Positions 63,280-64,000 of a stretch of 64,000 nucleotides of DNA are shown here, one piece after another. Location: positions 460,474,001 to 460,538,000 of the forward strand of contig JBNRSN020000001.1 of the NCBI GenBank assembly GCA_051313645.2, given 5' to 3'. Source of the stretch: Centroscyllium fabricii (Eukaryota). The position numbers and the translations under genes were made by a program. A model generated the notes under the pieces. It worked only from the letters and a program-made list of their open reading frames with translations, ran no database searches and was not told the DNA's origin. Position 1 is the stretch's first letter. Each line of letters begins with the position of its first letter.

Positions 63280-63455
63280 CTGATGTTCACACATATGTGC
63301 TTTCTGGCAGATGTCACTGGATAGCAATCAGTAACAGGAACTCTGGTTAATTTTTCCTCTCTAGCTCCGTTGTAGTGTTCCTCGTGCTGGCCCTGTTGCT
63401 CCCTTGGAGTTCGGACAGGACCAGGAACCTGGATACTTTCTGGTCTGGAGGAATG
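63280..63455 (-). mobile_element. LF-SINE-like relic
   Basis: Minus strand cagaccagaaag..ccaggttc and gttcctgttactgattgctatccagtgac. Confidence 0.55.
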
Positions 63456-63565
63456 ATATTTTTCAAGCCCCTTCTGAAGGAAATTACAAATTATAATCTT
63501 CATTTCTGCAGCACTGCCATCACAATCCTGTAAAGAGATAATATTCTTGTCTCTTCAGTACATAC

Positions 63566-63684
63566 CTGCTTGCAGTAATTTGACCTTGAAACAGCTAATA
63601 TCAGTTTGACAATCGGTTGGGACTGCGACAGAAGAGGAGAAACTGCCTGAATGACTGCTGTGAACTCCTCTGTTGGGCTTATAC
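63566..63684 (-). CDS. EXT1: Exostosin-1 family exon equivalent to EXT1 exon 6 (GISPTEEFTAVIQAVSPLLSQSQPIVKLILAVSRSNYCKQ)
   Basis: 119 bp with ttttaacAG acceptor and GTatgt donor; matches EXT1 [40 protein letters not shown]; ends in phase 0, in frame with the next exon. Confidence 0.93.
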
Positions 63685-64000
63685 CTGTTAAAAACACAAA
63701 CCAATAGTCATAGCGATGAGCATAAAGCAATAATTAAAACAATTAGCAGTAAGCTCGTTTTTAAGGATTAACGAACACAATCACTTAACAACAAATAATG
63801 TGTTCCCTGATGACTTCATAGGTAAACGCACTGTTGGTTTGCTGTATGAGCCAGAATTAGCTGATTCTCACCTAGGGCAGTGGTGTGACACTACGGGCTG
63901 AATATTGCTGATGCTCAGAGGGCGGGTCTGCTGTCAAAATCAAAAAGATTGACAGCGGGCCGGTATCCCGCTCTGAACCCACCTCCTTGTCAGTTTCCTA

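Noticed and set aside
63273-63503. 76-aa ORF as a constitutive host exon
   Set aside because: Overlaps an LF-SINE-like relic and has no counterpart in exostosins; kept only as a low-interest cryptic-exon idea.

Overview
Vertebrate, repeat-dense genomic DNA. The V-SINE/HE1-type SINEs, CR1/L2 LINEs and LF-SINE-like relics point to a cartilaginous fish (inference). The window lies inside an exostosin-1 family gene on the minus strand. Three coding exons (63566-63684, 56813-56908, 28126-28215; 119/96/90 bp) match EXT1 exons 6-8 and are separated by TE-inflated introns. The left 27 kb is a nest of Ty3/Gypsy LTR retrotransposons: one CsRn1-like element with a normal tRNA-Trp primer-binding site (B, 4684-9234), four Mag-like elements (A, C, D, F) and a solo LTR (E). 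Main finding: A, C, D and F have no tRNA PBS. Instead, the 13-15 nt starting one base after the 5' LTR are the exact reverse complement of each element's own LTR segment ending in AATAAAA, with compensatory changes between subfamilies. The same group has a hairpin across the LTR end, a hairpin over the polypurine tract and a [Y/H]LDN RT motif. Together these suggest a tRNA-independent (self-primed) reverse-transcription system. The rest of the window holds CR1 copies with a structured 3' UTR module, many Harbinger- and mariner-type MITEs and other fossils. All coordinates and identities were read by eye; no database search was possible.
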